A stretch of 63,554 bases of DNA, the filler included, from Phoronis australis (lineage: Eukaryota > Animalia > Phoronida), in NCBI GenBank assembly GCA_002633005.1. It is 14 parts of 14 records of this genome, joined end to end, with 100 filler letters (N's around TTAATTAATTAA, not from the genome) between each part and the next. Parts side by side here need not be neighbours in the genome. Positions count along the whole stretch, not along the records: positions 60,481 to 63,554 come from NMRA01000390.1; 13 more parts are not named here. The stretch is one strand, 5' to 3'. A program made the position numbers and the translations under genes. The notes beneath the pieces were generated by a model. It had not been told where the DNA came from. It was given only the letters and a program-made list of their open reading frames with translations, and made no database searches. Of the stretch, positions 62,099 to 63,554 are shown piece by piece. The first letter of the stretch is position 1; each line of letters starts with the position of its first letter.

Positions 62099-63554
62099 AT
62101 TTTTATGTGCATACAAATATAATGTAAGCGCGTTGTGCCGTCAACCATATCAGGGCATCCGTCTGATGATGTATGTCCAAGCCCCATAATGGATGTTTGA
62201 GAAATTGTGTAGACATGTTCCTATCGTGGATTGGATGACACATCTGAATTTCTGAAAATTTGACTATCACTGTGCTATTAAGAGCAATTTTAGTTCCTAT
62301 AAAGCTTACAATGTATGACAACAGGTTTCAGCCCAATCGGACCACCGTTGTGCACCCCCAGTTGTATGTCTTGCAAGCTCATTGATAAATTTACATGTAA
62401 TTTGCATGTATTAAGGAGACAATGATGCTGTTCATTTTCGGATGGATTCAGTATATATTTGTGCTTCCTAGTGGCCATTTTTACTTCGCCAAGTATGTTG
62501 CTCTGACAGCAAGTTTTTTTTTTTTTTTTTTGTTCGCTCTCTACAGGTCGCAATTCTGGTCCGATTTTCGCGAAATTTGCACACAACATGTAGATTGGGA
62601 ATCACTAGAACGCTATTGTTTTTGGTCATGATCGGATACAAAATGGCGGACGTGGCGGCCATTTTGTATCCGATTTCACAGTCAAATACTCGTAGAGGCC
62701 GCATTTTTCGACCTACATGGCTGAAAATCGATACGAATATACTAGAACGCATGTGCTACAATTGTGCAAAAAATCGTTGACTTCCGAGTAAAGATGGCGG
62801 AAATATTGGACGTGGCGCATGCGCACCCCGAAATATGGCTAAAAACGTTTTCTCCTGTAGAGGGCGCAATTGCAAACCAATCACTTTCAAACTGGTCACG
62901 TGTATGTTGAGTTTAATAAGCTTTTATAAAAACTTATTGAACCGGAAGTCACCTTCAAGATGGCGGCTGTGGGGCATGTTCACACGGTTTCAATCGCTCT
63001 GCTGTCGCGTTTTTTATGGGAAGAGCAAATGACGTGAATTTTTGCGGATTCCTTGAAGTATGGCCTTTCAGACTTACCGTTTTCGAGTTATTTGACTTTG
63101 AATTTCAAAAAAAAACGGCAAACTTTCAATTTTCTCGAAAAATTTTTGGATTTTCGCCAAACTACCACATTAGATAGAGATTTGAACGGGCTTTCAGAAG
63201 ATACTTTCCATTTTGCGCTACGACGTTTACTTTTTGAATTATTCGAGATTTTCGGATACTGTTGTCCCTATGCAAGCGCGCGGGTGGCTGGCTTTCAGTT
63301 CACTTTGTTTTGGTTATGCCTAGTTGACCCAGACTGACCCAGCCAGCACTGTCCTACTTTAAAGCATGGCTCGTCCGTCATGTTGCGCCATCTATTGTTC
63401 TTTATTGTAGTTGATTGTGTGCTCTCTATTTGATTTTTTGCTAGTCACATGAATGTTATCGTGTTTGACAAACTACAACTTTAGATAGAGTTTTGAACGG
63501 GCTTTCAGATGATAATTTTCATTTTGCGCTACGACGTCTACTTTTTGAATTATT
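62099..63554 (-). mobile_element. Helentron-like/HINE repeat cluster, including the reverse copy of the 46148-47358 family
   Basis: TTTTATGTGCATAC end at about 62100, CTAGTGGCCATTTTT motif, and extended reverse-complement homology to 46611-47358. Confidence 0.7.

Overview
Eukaryotic, AT-rich, repeat-dense animal genomic DNA; the gene content and repeat types suggest an invertebrate deuterostome such as a hemichordate or echinoderm (inference only). The window is not one continuous locus. It is 14 contigs joined by 13 identical 100-nt spacers (N44-TTAATTAATTAA-N44), so adjacency across spacers carries no demonstrated biological meaning. Almost all ORFs in the track are spurious. Real coding content is spliced exons of four recognisable genes on four different contigs: the DNMT3 ADD domain (3 exons, +), a DNHD1-like divergent dynein heavy chain AAA2 region (3 exons, -), ARID2 (2 exons, -) and a TMC1/2/3-type channel (3 exons, -; absent from the ORF track). 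The rest is mostly transposon-derived: an internally deleted Copia element, an Academ 3' end with a Cys8 finger, a CR1/L2 3' end, Helentron-type non-autonomous repeats, Kolobok elements, MITEs and a solo LTR. I see no complete novel multi-gene system. The best leads are: (i) a 3.7-kb TAGGG-TIR element with a 7-bp TSD containing a pogo-type DDE remnant; (ii) a KolobokP-like unit with convergent THAP and P2X7-tail-like first exons; (iii) a CAC-terminated 1.25-kb element with a 5-bp TSD, the Transib/RAG-type signature; (iv) a possible poison splice donor in ARID2; (v) a minisatellite grown out of a DNMT3 splice donor.
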